Shown here piece by piece: positions 9,552 through 18,992 of a DNA stretch of 32,000 bases (position 1 is the first letter of the stretch; every line of letters begins with the position of its first letter). A model generated the notes under the pieces. The model made no database searches. It worked only from the letters and a program-made list of their open reading frames with translations, and was not told where the DNA came from. A program made the position numbers and the translations under genes. Source of the DNA: Vibrio vulnificus CMCP6 (GTDB lineage Bacteria > Pseudomonadota > Gammaproteobacteria > Enterobacterales > Vibrionaceae); assembly GCF_000039765.1 (NCBI RefSeq), contig NC_004460.2, positions 600,001-632,000 on the forward strand, written 5' to 3'.

Positions 9552-11941
9552 ATTCGCTATTTGGTCACTACCTACGCACCAGCCTTTCCCGTCGGTTTAT
9601 CACGTTCGTTCTTGCCTTTCTCATTTCAATTCAATTTGTTAGTTACGCATTGGTGCAAGTGACGGTAGATGCCCACATTCGCGAAGAGATACGAGAAACA
9701 CTCGAAGTTTCGAAGCGAGTATGGGATCAGTTATTGATTCAAGCCAGTTTCCGTTTACAAGAAAACGCCGACCTACTGGCGTCTGATTTTGGCTTTCGCA
9801 CTGCGGTAGCCACCCAAGATCAACAGACCATTACCTCAGCACTGCAAAATAACGCCGCCAGAGTGGATGCCTCTATTGCTGTGCTTATCGATCATCAATG
9901 GGCGTTGCAGGCGCTGTCTGAAGACGACATTTCCGAAGCCTCACGCAAAGAGCTCGTCACCGCGATTAAACAGTTTTCTACCGCTAGGCCATACCATCTC
10001 ATGATCTACAAAGGTAAGCCGACCCAGTTTGTCCTCGCGCCAATCAGAGCACCGCGCATTATTGGCTATGTGCTGTTTGGTTTTGAGATCACCCATCAGC
10101 GTATCAGCCTTGCAAGCCAATTGGCTGGCGTCGACATTGCGCTACTTTCATCCCTCAGTGATTCATCAAACATTTACGTGGTATCAAACGAAGCGCAAAT
10201 CAAAGCCTACTTCTCTTCCTTAGCCGAACTTCGCCCCACCGCGAGTTCAACTATGCAGGATCGAGCCATCGCCGACAGAGTCTTCGTTACCGAAACTCTG
10301 ACGGAAAAGCTGCCGAATCAGCATTGGATTTACGTTGTTTTCCTTGAATCTTTGGATGCAGCAAGCCTTCGCTTTGACAAGCTGGCGTCTCAATATTTAT
10401 GGGTATCTGGATTGGCGATTGTGCTCTTTACTCTTGCCGTTCTTGCCTTATCTCATCGCGTTATCCGCCCTTTAATCACACTCACCAAAGCAACCGAAGC
10501 GCTGGCCGACGGTAACTACACAGCAACGATTGAAGGTACACAGCGTCCTGATGAAATTGGTCAACTGACTCGGGGATTTGATCAAATGCGCGAACGCCTT
10601 CAGGAGCAAAAACAGACCATCACTCAACTCGCTTACTTCGATACTTTGACGCATCTTCCGAACCGGGAACACTTCCGACAACACTTGAAACAAGAGCTGG
10701 CCCATCCATCGCTCAAGTCAATTTCGGTCATCACCATCAACCTAGACCGCTTTAAGCACATCAACGATGTATTGGGTTACCATGTGGGCGATGCGGTGTT
10801 ACAAGAGATGGCGCAAAGACTCACGTTAACCTCGGAAAGCCTTACTCTTTTTGCCGCTCGAATCAGTGGTGACGAGTTTGTGGGTGAAATAAAAACCGGC
10901 AGTGATGAGCTGGCTGACAGTGTTACAAGGATCAAACAACGTCTTGATATCCCTTTCTATGTCAACGATACCCCAATTGATATCAGTGTCTCTATCGGAG
11001 TCGCCACTTGGCCAAGCGATGGCGGGGACGTTGATAGCTTACTTAACGCATCACAGATCGCCATGTACAGCGCCAAGCGCAAAAAAGAACAGGTTGTTTT
11101 CTACGACAGCGCCTTAGTCACCGCCATTCCCGAGAATCTGTCTCTGTTGTCAGAGTTGAGGCGGGCGTTATTACAAAATGAGTTACGCGTCTATCTTCAA
11201 CCCAAAGTCATGGCCACGACCAAAGTGGTGTCGTCGGCAGAGGCGCTGATTCGCTGGCAACATCCTGAAAGAGGCCTGCTTGCCCCCTTCTTCTTTGTCC
11301 CTTTTGCTGAACAAACGGGTTATGTAAGGGAACTGACACGCTGGATGATCCAACAAGTGATTCAGCATTGGCGCGAGTTACAGCCACTCTCCGGTCAACT
11401 GACTATTTCGGTCAATCTCTCGACATGGGATTTGATTAACCCACAGCTTCTCGATGATTTACAACACTGGCTCAGCGAATACCATGTCCCTGCCAGTGGC
11501 CTCTGTTTAGAAATCACAGAAAGCGCCATCATGGAGGATCCAGAAACATCAGAACTGACCTTGCTGCAGCTGTCTCAAATGGGCTTTCATCTCTCTATCG
11601 ATGACTTTGGTACCGGCTATTCTTCCCTTGGCTATCTACAGCGGCTACCCGTCAATGAATTGAAAGTCGACAAATCGTTTGTTCTAAACATGTTGGAAAA
11701 TCCAAACGATAAGGTGATCGTGAGTTCCACCATCCACCTTGCACACAGTCTAGGGTTACAGGTGGTGGCAGAAGGCGTCGAATCCTACGACCTATTTACA
11801 TCACTTAGAGAGCTAGGCTGTGATGAAATACAAGGCTATTGTGTAAGCAAACCAATAGCCTTGGAAGAATTTATTGCATGGCGAGAAGAGTGGATGCAAT
11901 CGAACCCATACACGGTGGAGAATATGCAGAAAAAAGGTTAG
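9548..11941 (+). CDS. Membrane sensor TM-periplasmic domain-TM-HAMP-GGDEF(SGDEF)-EAL protein (c-di-GMP turnover)
   Basis: Start re-called to GTG 9548 (AGGAGG at 9536-9541), overlapping the upstream TGA (GTGA). The track start 9440 would overlap the upstream CDS by 112 nt. TM1 residues 17-36, about 245 aa periplasmic, TM2 (YLWVSGLAIVLFTLAVLALS), HAMP (IRPLITLTKATEALADGNY...IGQLTRGFDQM). GGDEF domain (LTHLPNR, INLDRFKHIND, SGDEF). EAL domain (EALIR, LEITES, DDFGTGYSS, KVDKSF, EGVE, QGY). Confidence 0.85.
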   Translation: MNSLFGHYLRTSLSRRFITFVLAFLISIQFVSYALVQVTVDAHIREEIRETLEVSKRVWDQLLIQASFRLQENADLLASDFGFRTAVATQDQQTITSALQNNAARVDASIAVLIDHQWALQALSEDDISEASRKELVTAIKQFSTARPYHLMIYKGKPTQFVLAPIRAPRIIGYVLFGFEITHQRISLASQLAGVDIALLSSLSDSSNIYVVSNEAQIKAYFSSLAELRPTASSTMQDRAIADRVFVTETLTEKLPNQHWIYVVFLESLDAASLRFDKLASQYLWVSGLAIVLFTLAVLALSHRVIRPLITLTKATEALADGNYTATIEGTQRPDEIGQLTRGFDQMRERLQEQKQTITQLAYFDTLTHLPNREHFRQHLKQELAHPSLKSISVITINLDRFKHINDVLGYHVGDAVLQEMAQRLTLTSESLTLFAARISGDEFVGEIKTGSDELADSVTRIKQRLDIPFYVNDTPIDISVSIGVATWPSDGGDVDSLLNASQIAMYSAKRKKEQVVFYDSALVTAIPENLSLLSELRRALLQNELRVYLQPKVMATTKVVSSAEALIRWQHPERGLLAPFFFVPFAEQTGYVRELTRWMIQQVIQHWRELQPLSGQLTISVNLSTWDLINPQLLDDLQHWLSEYHVPASGLCLEITESAIMEDPETSELTLLQLSQMGFHLSIDDFGTGYSSLGYLQRLPVNELKVDKSFVLNMLENPNDKVIVSSTIHLAHSLGLQVVAEGVESYDLFTSLRELGCDEIQGYCVSKPIALEEFIAWREEWMQSNPYTVENMQKKG

Positions 11942-11954
11942 AACCCGGCGAATC

Positions 11955-11977
11955 AAGCAGCGACGGGGGCTGCTTTT
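11955..11977 (+). terminator. Rho-independent terminator after the GGDEF-EAL gene
   Basis: AAGCAGC-gacgggg-GCTGCTT followed by TT (T-run 11974-11977), 14 nt after the stop codon. Confidence 0.5.
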
Positions 11978-11990
11978 ATCACCGCTGCAC

Positions 11991-13553
11991 CTATTTCTCT
12001 TCAAATCGATAGGCAAGCTGATAGAAATCGTCCACTCGAGACTTCAGCTTCTGGCTGTTTTCTTCCACTGAATAGGTCGCTGCAAGATTTTGTTCCGAAG
12101 TGGTCACAATCGAATGAATGTGTTGATTCACCTGACTGGAGAGCTGCATTTGATTATCCGCCGACGCTGCCACCGTCGCCATCAATTGGCTCATAGAGCG
12201 CATCATTTGCTCCACCTCCGATAATCGTTCAGCGCTGATTGCAGCGACTTCTGAACACGATTCCGTTTGCTGTTTATTCTCTAGAATGTCGTTTTGCCAA
12301 GATTGGATGGTTGCCAGCATGGTGTCGATACTGCTTCTAATTTGCAGTGTGGCATTTGACGTTCTGCCCGACAATGCACGAACTTCATCAGCGACCACCG
12401 CGAAACCTCGACCTTGCTCACCGGCCCTTGCGGCTTCAATCGCAGCGTTCAAAGCCAGTAAATTCGTTTGTTCCGCAATACCACCAATCTCCTCCATAAA
12501 CTGACTGACTTTCTGTGCCTGTTCGGATAACTGATACGTTGTTGCTGTCGCTTTTTCAGCCTGCAACATCAGCTGTTCTAAGTTCCGATGGGTTTGATCG
12601 ATACTTTGCTTTGCTGCAACACAGCGCTGAGTTGTTTCTTCGATTAGGCGATCAGCGTCTTGCGTGCTACTCACTACCGATTGAGCCGCCACCTCCATCG
12701 AGTCCGTCGCTTGTTGAACTTGGCGAATATCCGACGCCTGCTGACTCAACGCTTGCGACACTTCCTCTGTCGTCGCACTCAAATCATCTGCCAATTGCTG
12801 TAAAGGCCTAGCAGAATCCGTCATGCGCCCCAGAACTGTGCGAATGCGAGCAGACGCCATTTTTATATGAAAATCAGCAATAGAGAATTGATTTTTGCCG
12901 GAATAAATCAGACGACTCACACTATCAAATTTACTTTGTAGCGCCTTCAACTGCTGAGGTGTGTCAATTAACTCTTGCCTAAACAACAGTGCCAATGTTG
13001 TCAAAGGCATCCAGTTGGCCAAAGTAGAATACGTACCATCTAAACTCAGCATTTGCGCAAGCACCGGTGCCGAGATAGAACCCAGCAAGATCGCGTATCT
13101 AAGTGAATCATTCAGTTTGAGTGACCACTGCCGGCCATTTCGCTCCGCATCCAGTAAAGAGTGATAGGCTTTGGAAGCGATCTCTACCCATTCGCGTTTT
13201 GGCTTGACGCGCACTGATTGATAGCCAGACATCACCCCATTTTCATAAATGGGCGTCACATAGGCATCAACCCAGTAAAAACCACCTGACTTGGTTCGAT
13301 TTTTCACGATACCTCGCCAAGCTTTCCCTTGCTTTAGATTTTGCCACATATCGCCAAACGCCGCTTTGGGCATATCACTGTGACGCACAATATTGTGGTT
13401 TTCACCCAGCAGTTCTTGTTCACTGAATTCGGCGATTCGGCAAAATGCCTCGTTACAGTAGGTGATCACACCTTTTAAATCGGTCGTAGAAACGAGCTGT
13501 TCGTGCTCTTTTAAGAGGGTTTCATGAGCTGAATTAGAAATAAGTGCTGACAT
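11991..13553 (-). CDS. aer: Aer-type aerotaxis/redox receptor (N-terminal FAD-type PAS domain plus methyl-accepting chemotaxis signalling domain)
   Basis: 520-aa ORF. PAS region closely parallels E. coli Aer ([44 protein letters not shown]). Central hydrophobic hairpin. MCP highly conserved domain [38 protein letters not shown]. Confidence 0.85.
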   Translation of the reverse strand: MSALISNSAHETLLKEHEQLVSTTDLKGVITYCNEAFCRIAEFSEQELLGENHNIVRHSDMPKAAFGDMWQNLKQGKAWRGIVKNRTKSGGFYWVDAYVTPIYENGVMSGYQSVRVKPKREWVEIASKAYHSLLDAERNGRQWSLKLNDSLRYAILLGSISAPVLAQMLSLDGTYSTLANWMPLTTLALLFRQELIDTPQQLKALQSKFDSVSRLIYSGKNQFSIADFHIKMASARIRTVLGRMTDSARPLQQLADDLSATTEEVSQALSQQASDIRQVQQATDSMEVAAQSVVSSTQDADRLIEETTQRCVAAKQSIDQTHRNLEQLMLQAEKATATTYQLSEQAQKVSQFMEEIGGIAEQTNLLALNAAIEAARAGEQGRGFAVVADEVRALSGRTSNATLQIRSSIDTMLATIQSWQNDILENKQQTESCSEVAAISAERLSEVEQMMRSMSQLMATVAASADNQMQLSSQVNQHIHSIVTTSEQNLAATYSVEENSQKLKSRVDDFYQLAYRFEEK

Positions 13554-13800
13554 TATAAACTTTTGTTATGAAGAGTAATTGTGGGCAGATATATACACAA
13601 TATTTCTCATTATTACAAAATGTTGATATCAAATTTTAAACTAACCAACACATTTCACACACATCCAGTTTCTTAATATCAATATGGTGTGAGCTAAAAT
13701 GAGAACAAAAGACATGAGTGAATTTAATATACAGAAGTTAGCCCCCTCTCGATGGCTCGCAAAAGCAGGACTCTTATCGCCCTTTTCATTACGCATCACA

Positions 13801-13832
13801 TTGAAAAAGAAAAGCCAGCGAATCGCTGGCTT
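13801..13832 (-). terminator. Rho-independent terminator of the DAHP synthase gene
   Basis: On the minus strand: AAGCCAGCG-att-CGCTGGCTT followed by ttctttttcaa. Lies 32 nt after the stop at 13864. Confidence 0.7.
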
Positions 13833-13863
13833 ACTCAATAACACAATGGGTGGCTAAACAGGG

Positions 13864-14916
13864 CTATTTCGCTCGACGAGCTGCCACTGCATTTGCCAAT
13901 TGGCGAAGCACAGTTTCAGTATCTTCCCAACCGATGCAAGCGTCGGTAATCGACTGACCATAAGTCGCCGCTTTACCATCAACAAGATCTTGTCGACCTT
14001 CCACAAGATGTGATTCGATCATCACCCCAAAGATTGCCTCTTCACCGGCCGCTAGCTGCTCAGAGACATCGTCGGCCACCAACATTTGACGCTTATACTG
14101 CTTGGAGCTGTTGGCGTGGCTGAAGTCGATCATCACTTTTTGTGGTAAACCCGATGTAGCTAGCTCTTCTTTTACTGCTGAAACATGCGCTGCACTGTAG
14201 TTTGGCTCTTTACCACCACGCAAAATAATGTGGCAGTCTGGATTACCCGCGGTTTCAACGATAGCAGAATGGCCGTATTTCGTTACCGATAGGAAATGGT
14301 GAGAAGCACTTGCTGAGCGAATCGCATCACTTGCAATCTTAATGTTGCCATCCGTGCCATTTTTAAAACCAACCGGACAAGAAAGACCCGACGCCAGTTC
14401 ACGGTGAACCTGAGATTCCGTAGTACGTGCACCAATCGCACCCCAACTGATCAAATCAGCCACATACTGTGGTGTGATCATGTCAAGGAACTCACTCGCC
14501 GTTGGAAGACCCATATCGGTAAGATCCAACAACAGTTTTCGGCCCATGCGTAAACCATCATTCAACTTGTAGGTGTCGTTAAGGTACGGGTCATTAATCA
14601 AACCTTTCCAACCCACAGTGGTACGTGGCTTTTCAAAGTAAACGCGCATAACAATTTCGAGCTCACCTTTGAGCTCGTCACGCAACGTTTTCAAACGCTT
14701 GCCGTATTCAACCGCGGCCACAGGATCGTGGATAGAGCAAGGGCCGACAATAACCAGCAGGCGATCGTCCTTGCCGATGAGAATGTTGTGAATGTCGTTT
14801 CTCGATTGGAAAGTTGTCGAAGAAGCGGTTTCAGTCGCCGGGTACTTCTCTAAAACAGCTACTGGTGGAAGTAACTCTTTAACGTTATTAATTCTTACAT
14901 CATCTGTTTGGAACAT
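13864..14916 (-). CDS. aroG: 3-deoxy-7-phosphoheptulonate (DAHP) synthase, class I-alpha; closest by eye to the Phe-sensitive AroG isozyme
   Basis: 350-aa ORF colinear with E. coli AroG over the full length (LLVIVGPCSIHDP, VMRVYFEKPRTTVGWKGLINDP, GARTTESQVHRELASGLSCPVGFKNGTDG, IDFSHANS). Isozyme assignment is from remembered sequences, not a search. Confidence 0.85.
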   Translation of the reverse strand: MFQTDDVRINNVKELLPPVAVLEKYPATETASSTTFQSRNDIHNILIGKDDRLLVIVGPCSIHDPVAAVEYGKRLKTLRDELKGELEIVMRVYFEKPRTTVGWKGLINDPYLNDTYKLNDGLRMGRKLLLDLTDMGLPTASEFLDMITPQYVADLISWGAIGARTTESQVHRELASGLSCPVGFKNGTDGNIKIASDAIRSASASHHFLSVTKYGHSAIVETAGNPDCHIILRGGKEPNYSAAHVSAVKEELATSGLPQKVMIDFSHANSSKQYKRQMLVADDVSEQLAAGEEAIFGVMIESHLVEGRQDLVDGKAATYGQSITDACIGWEDTETVLRQLANAVAARRAK

Positions 14917-15081
14917 TGCTTCTTCCTATCACTATCTCTGGGCGAAAATTTTTAGGGATACGGCTACCGACCGCCCTTTCTTCTTGGTATAGGCAAGTAA
15001 CTTATCGGCAGAAAAACAATACCGCAAGCACTTTTTTTAAAAGAAGGCAAATTTTTAAAGAATTTTACGCTTTACACTTAA

Positions 15082-15099
15082 TGTAAAAAAATAATTACA
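15082..15099. promoter_or_regulatory. TyrR-box-like site TGTAAA-N6-ATTACA upstream of aroG
   Basis: Matches 11 of 12 specified positions of the E. coli TyrR box consensus TGTAAA-N6-TTTACA. An extra TTTACA half-site lies at 15071-15076. The site is 166-183 nt upstream of the aroG ATG. Confidence 0.35.
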
Positions 15100-15338
15100 C
15101 AAAGCGAGGATTCTAAGCTCATGATCTCAAAACTAGGAAACAGCTCACAACCATTCACCTCACAAATGAGACTTTAGATGCATTTTTATGGCTAGGTATA
15201 TGTTACGAAACACTTTGTTACTAGAATGAAACAACTTGAATGCATATTACGTACAACTTATCGTCGCTAATCGCATTCAATGTGCTCATCTTGTGAGCAA
15301 AAGGAAATTATTCAGCCTGAGATCAGTAAGGAAAATAT

Positions 15339-16412
15339 ATGAAAAAATTAGCCGTCACCCTATCCGCGGTGCTCGCTAGCAGTGGTTTTTTCTCAGCAAC
15401 AGCGAACGCAGCATGGTCAGATCTCTATTTCGGAGGCAAAATTGGCTATGTAAACCTAGACGACGCTTGTTACGTAAGCTCTCCGTGTGACGACGATTCC
15501 GCAGGTTTTGGCCTTTATTACGGCTACAACTTCAGCAAACATATCTCTGCTGAGCTAGGAATCGACCTTCTTGGTGAACATGAAACAAACTTCTCTAACG
15601 GTTATTTCTCTGAAGCAAAACTGGCCGCTTACACACTGGCGCCTAAATTCAGCCTACCACTGAATGAAAAACTCGATGCTTTTGCCAAAATTGGTGCGGC
15701 GTACATGATCTATGGCGATGATAAAGACCTTGTTCCTACTGGCTCTTTGGGTCTTGAATACGCATTAACCGAAAGCTTTAAGGCGCGTGCAGAGTACCAG
15801 CGTTATCAAGATATGTCCGATGACATCGTGAAAGATATGGACGCGAATTTCTTTGGTATCGGTATTACCTATCTGTTTGGCGGTGCTAGCTCAGCAGCCA
15901 CTGCGGCGGCGGCTGCTAATGAAACGGCAGTAGAGCCAAGACCTGCTGAAGAAGTGAAGCAAGAAGAGCCAGTTGCTGAACCGATTCTTTTAGCTGAAGA
16001 GCCAAAACCTGAACCTAAACCAGAGTGGGTGACCAAATTCTCTAATCAGCAATACAACCAAGAGCTATTCGCGACAGGCAGCAGCAAATTGTCTGCTGGC
16101 GGTAAACAAGCGTTGACTCCATTGGCTGAAGTATTAATTAAATACCCAGATGCAGAAGCTGAAATTGTTGGTCATACCGATTCAACCGGCTCTGAAAAAG
16201 TGAACCAACGTATCTCTGAGCAGCGCGCTCAAGCGGTCGCGGATTACTTGGTCGAGCAAGGCGTGAAAGCAGAGCAGCTTAAGGTGCGTGGCGCAGGTGA
16301 ATCTCAACCTATCGCTTCAAACAAAACGGCTGAAGGCCGTGCTCAAAACCGTCGTGTAGAAGTGACTATTCCTAGCTTTGAGTACCAAGAGCTACAGCAA
16401 CCAGCACAGTAA
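15339..16412 (+). CDS. OmpA-family outer-membrane protein (N-terminal beta-barrel, Ala/Pro/Glu-rich hinge, C-terminal peptidoglycan-binding OmpA_C domain)
   Basis: Signal peptide MKKLAVTLSAVLASSGFFSATANA. Amphipathic beta-strand N-domain ending FGIGITYLF. Hinge EPRPAEEVKQEEPVAEP...EPKPEPKPE. OmpA_C motifs GHTDSTGSEKVNQRISEQRAQAV...NRRVEV. Confidence 0.85.
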   Translation: MKKLAVTLSAVLASSGFFSATANAAWSDLYFGGKIGYVNLDDACYVSSPCDDDSAGFGLYYGYNFSKHISAELGIDLLGEHETNFSNGYFSEAKLAAYTLAPKFSLPLNEKLDAFAKIGAAYMIYGDDKDLVPTGSLGLEYALTESFKARAEYQRYQDMSDDIVKDMDANFFGIGITYLFGGASSAATAAAAANETAVEPRPAEEVKQEEPVAEPILLAEEPKPEPKPEWVTKFSNQQYNQELFATGSSKLSAGGKQALTPLAEVLIKYPDAEAEIVGHTDSTGSEKVNQRISEQRAQAVADYLVEQGVKAEQLKVRGAGESQPIASNKTAEGRAQNRRVEVTIPSFEYQELQQPAQ

Positions 16413-16430
16413 GCCTGTAACATCATGACA

Positions 16431-16457
16431 AAAGGGAGCAAATTGCTCCCTTTTTGC
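16431..16457. terminator. Bidirectional terminator between the ompA-like gene and ctaB
   Basis: AAAGGGAGC-aaatt-GCTCCCTTT with TT following on the + strand and ttttgtc following on the - strand. Confidence 0.7.
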
Positions 16458-16527
16458 CATCTTAGCAACCATCACATCGATTCTCAGCGTGCTTCTCCAT
16501 CACTAGACAAAGAAGATGAGTAGCGAC

Positions 16528-17427
16528 TTACAAGGCCAGTTGCTGATCAAGTAATAAAGCGCAAAACAGCAGCAACAAAAAGTAGATAGAGAAACGAAAC
16601 ATCTCGATCGCGGTGCGTTCTTCGGCTCGAAACTTGAGTTTTATTGCATACCGAACAAAACAGACATTCAGCACTAGGGCGCTGAATAAATAGAGATAAC
16701 TGGCCATTCCAACCAACACGGGCAGCATACAAACCAACGCCAGCAGAATGGCATAAAGAAGAATCGACGTTTTGGTGTATTCAACACCATGCGTGACTGG
16801 CAGCATGGGGATATTCACCTTGGCATAATCCTCTTTTCTGTGAATCGCCAACGCCCAAAAATGCGGAGGGGTCCAAATGAAAATGATCATCACCAATACC
16901 CATGCGTGAGGATGTAACTCACCCGTTATCGATGTCCAGCCTAATAAGGGCGGCATCGCGCCAGCAATACCTGCAATCACGATATTTTGAGGGGTTGCTC
17001 TTTTTAAATAGAGCGTATAAACCGCCGCATAGCCCAACAAACTGGCAAAGGTGAGATAGGCCGTGAGGCTGTTTACCCAGAGCATTAGCGATAGAAACCC
17101 TAACGAACCGATGAGAAGCGCAAACAACAGTACATTGAAAGGGCTGACATCCCCTTTAGGAAGCGGCCGACGATACGTTCTTGCCATTTTGGCATCGATT
17201 CTTCTATCAATCAGATGATTAAACGCCGCCGCCGATCCCGCCATGAGCGCAATGCCGACCAAAGCGATCAATGCCTGATGCCAAGTAAAGTGCTCATGAG
17301 GTGCCAAGCTCATACCAACCACCGACGTCAATAACATCAACGCGACCACTTTGGGCTTGGTGAGGGTCCAGTAAGTACTCCATGGAGAACGTAACTGCGA
17401 CTTGTCGACGGATAACGTTTTACTCAT
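16528..17427 (-). CDS. ctaB: Protoheme IX farnesyltransferase (heme O synthase)
   Basis: 299-aa polytopic UbiA-family protein. [21 protein letters not shown] and [10 protein letters not shown] motifs. Its start overlaps the ctaA stop by 8 nt. Confidence 0.9.
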   Translation of the reverse strand: MSKTLSVDKSQLRSPWSTYWTLTKPKVVALMLLTSVVGMSLAPHEHFTWHQALIALVGIALMAGSAAAFNHLIDRRIDAKMARTYRRPLPKGDVSPFNVLLFALLIGSLGFLSLMLWVNSLTAYLTFASLLGYAAVYTLYLKRATPQNIVIAGIAGAMPPLLGWTSITGELHPHAWVLVMIIFIWTPPHFWALAIHRKEDYAKVNIPMLPVTHGVEYTKTSILLYAILLALVCMLPVLVGMASYLYLFSALVLNVCFVRYAIKLKFRAEERTAIEMFRFSIYFLLLLFCALLLDQQLAL

Positions 17428-18445
17428 ATTTAAACCCCTCGATATTGAGCTCTATACCTGGCTGTTCTTGCCAAAGCACGTAGCTGCTTACACTCACCAA
17501 CATAATCAGTAGTGCGGCACCCAGGTTGTGAGCTACCGCGACAGAGAGTGGTAACTGATAGAGAACATTACTGATGCCCAACCCCACCTGTGCCAGCAAA
17601 ACCAACCCAATCGCAATGGCCAGTTGCTGAACGATAGGTTCGCTTTGTTGATAGAGCCAAAAGCAGTAGGTCATAACACAGAAAAACGTGACCATGGCGC
17701 CGATACGATGCGTGACGTGAATGGTCATTCTGGCTGGATATTCCAAAACGCCAAACTCGTAGGTGTGGTGGCCTAAATTCCAAAAATCGAACGCGTTCTT
17801 CCAATCTAGGTAGCTTACCCAATCCCCTTCACAAATCGGCAGTTCACTGCACATTAGTGCCGCGTAATTGGATGACGTCCATCCACCTAAAAGGATTTGC
17901 AAAACCACCACAGCGATTACAAAAAATGAGAAAAACCGTAGCCTTGGATCGACAAACTGCCAATCCACCATAAATTCGGTTGGTTTGAGTTGGCAATAGA
18001 GTATCGCAAGCAACACAAACAGTAAGAAGCCGCCGAGCAAATGCGCCATCACCACCACTGGCATGAGTTTCATGGTCACCGTCCACATGCCTAGCAACGC
18101 CTGAGCGACAACCAACAATGAAAGCACAATCGGCACCACCTTCGGTGCTTTGGCTTTAAACAGACAGAGCAACGTAATGGCGAAAATGAGAATGCCTAAG
18201 CTACCTGCAAAGTAGCGATGAATCATTTCCAGCCACGCTTTGTTTGGCTCAACCAACATGCCGGGAAAATTAGCCTCCACGACGCTCAGTTCCGCCGCAG
18301 TATTCGGCACCGTGAGATGGCCATAGCAGCCTGGCCAGTCAGGGCATCCCAACCCCGCATCCGAAAGCCGCGTGTAAGCACCAAGTAGTATCACCACCGA
18401 GGTTAACACCAACGCAATTTGTACCATAATCCGATGAAGATTCAT
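17420..18445 (-). CDS. ctaA: Heme A synthase (COX15/CtaA family)
   Basis: Polytopic membrane protein with [12 protein letters not shown] and the conserved His-bearing helices (HRYFAG, AHLLGG, THRIGA, AHNLGA). Start re-called to ATG 18445, preceded by GGGGAGGGA. The track start 18466 is a TTG. Confidence 0.85.
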   Translation of the reverse strand: MNLHRIMVQIALVLTSVVILLGAYTRLSDAGLGCPDWPGCYGHLTVPNTAAELSVVEANFPGMLVEPNKAWLEMIHRYFAGSLGILIFAITLLCLFKAKAPKVVPIVLSLLVVAQALLGMWTVTMKLMPVVVMAHLLGGFLLFVLLAILYCQLKPTEFMVDWQFVDPRLRFFSFFVIAVVVLQILLGGWTSSNYAALMCSELPICEGDWVSYLDWKNAFDFWNLGHHTYEFGVLEYPARMTIHVTHRIGAMVTFFCVMTYCFWLYQQSEPIVQQLAIAIGLVLLAQVGLGISNVLYQLPLSVAVAHNLGAALLIMLVSVSSYVLWQEQPGIELNIEGFKYE

Positions 18446-18458
18446 GGTTCCCTCCCCT

Positions 18459-18992
18459 TCAACCAACTCGCGAAAGTTTAAGCAGCTTCCTCAGATCTGA
18501 GAGTATTTCTTTATTTTGCTCTATGAGTGACTTGGTGGCGTTCAGTGGGTAGCGCATCACCAACTGACCTAGCGGATCGACGATCACCATATCCCCCGGT
18601 TTCAAAACGCTTTCAATCTGTTTTGTTATCACAACCTGCTCATATTTAAGATTAGTTGTTGTTGGAGAAAATGCCCAAACTACTGCTTCGACTCTCTCTT
18701 GATATTTGCCCAAAGCGAGATGATTTTGGCCTAAGAGATGCAGTTGCTGCTGGCAAAGTGCTTCACAAGACGTGGGCAGCAAGTACGCCAGTTGCCACCC
18801 TTTTCCATGAAATGGATTCACCTGCCCGAGACTTTGTAAGGTGGTATAGGGTTCTATCAACTCCCCTTTGTTTGAGACCCCGGATTGATACCAATGTTGT
18901 TCCAATACCACTTTCGCGACAATGGCGGGCAAAGCAAAGATAAGAACCAACAGTAGCAGAATGAAACGGCCTCTATTTTGTGTGGAAATCAT
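18459..18992 (-). CDS. Membrane-anchored Sco1/SenC-like thioredoxin-fold protein with CxxxC (cytochrome oxidase assembly-associated)
   Basis: Start re-called to ATG 18992 with AAGGAGGT 5 nt upstream. N-terminal TM anchor, GKGWQLAYLLPTSCEALC (Cys76-x3-Cys80) and DPLGQLVMRY resemble Sco-family landmarks. Located between SURF1 and ctaA. Confidence 0.6.
   Translation of the reverse strand: MISTQNRGRFILLLLVLIFALPAIVAKVVLEQHWYQSGVSNKGELIEPYTTLQSLGQVNPFHGKGWQLAYLLPTSCEALCQQQLHLLGQNHLALGKYQERVEAVVWAFSPTTTNLKYEQVVITKQIESVLKPGDMVIVDPLGQLVMRYPLNATKSLIEQNKEILSDLRKLLKLSRVG

Noticed and set aside
13641-13857. A 67-aa minus-strand ORF (13641-13844) and a 52-aa plus-strand ORF (13699-13857) in the aer/aroG spacer.
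   Set aside because: Both run straight through the aroG terminator hairpin (13812-13832) and lack convincing SD sequences and recognisable features. The region is better explained as terminator plus aer promoter.
15880-16027. An Ala/Pro/Glu-rich low-complexity stretch in the ompA-like gene, considered as a possible tandem DNA repeat or contingency locus.
   Set aside because: There is no exact nucleotide periodicity. It is the usual Pro-rich hinge between the barrel and the OmpA_C domain.
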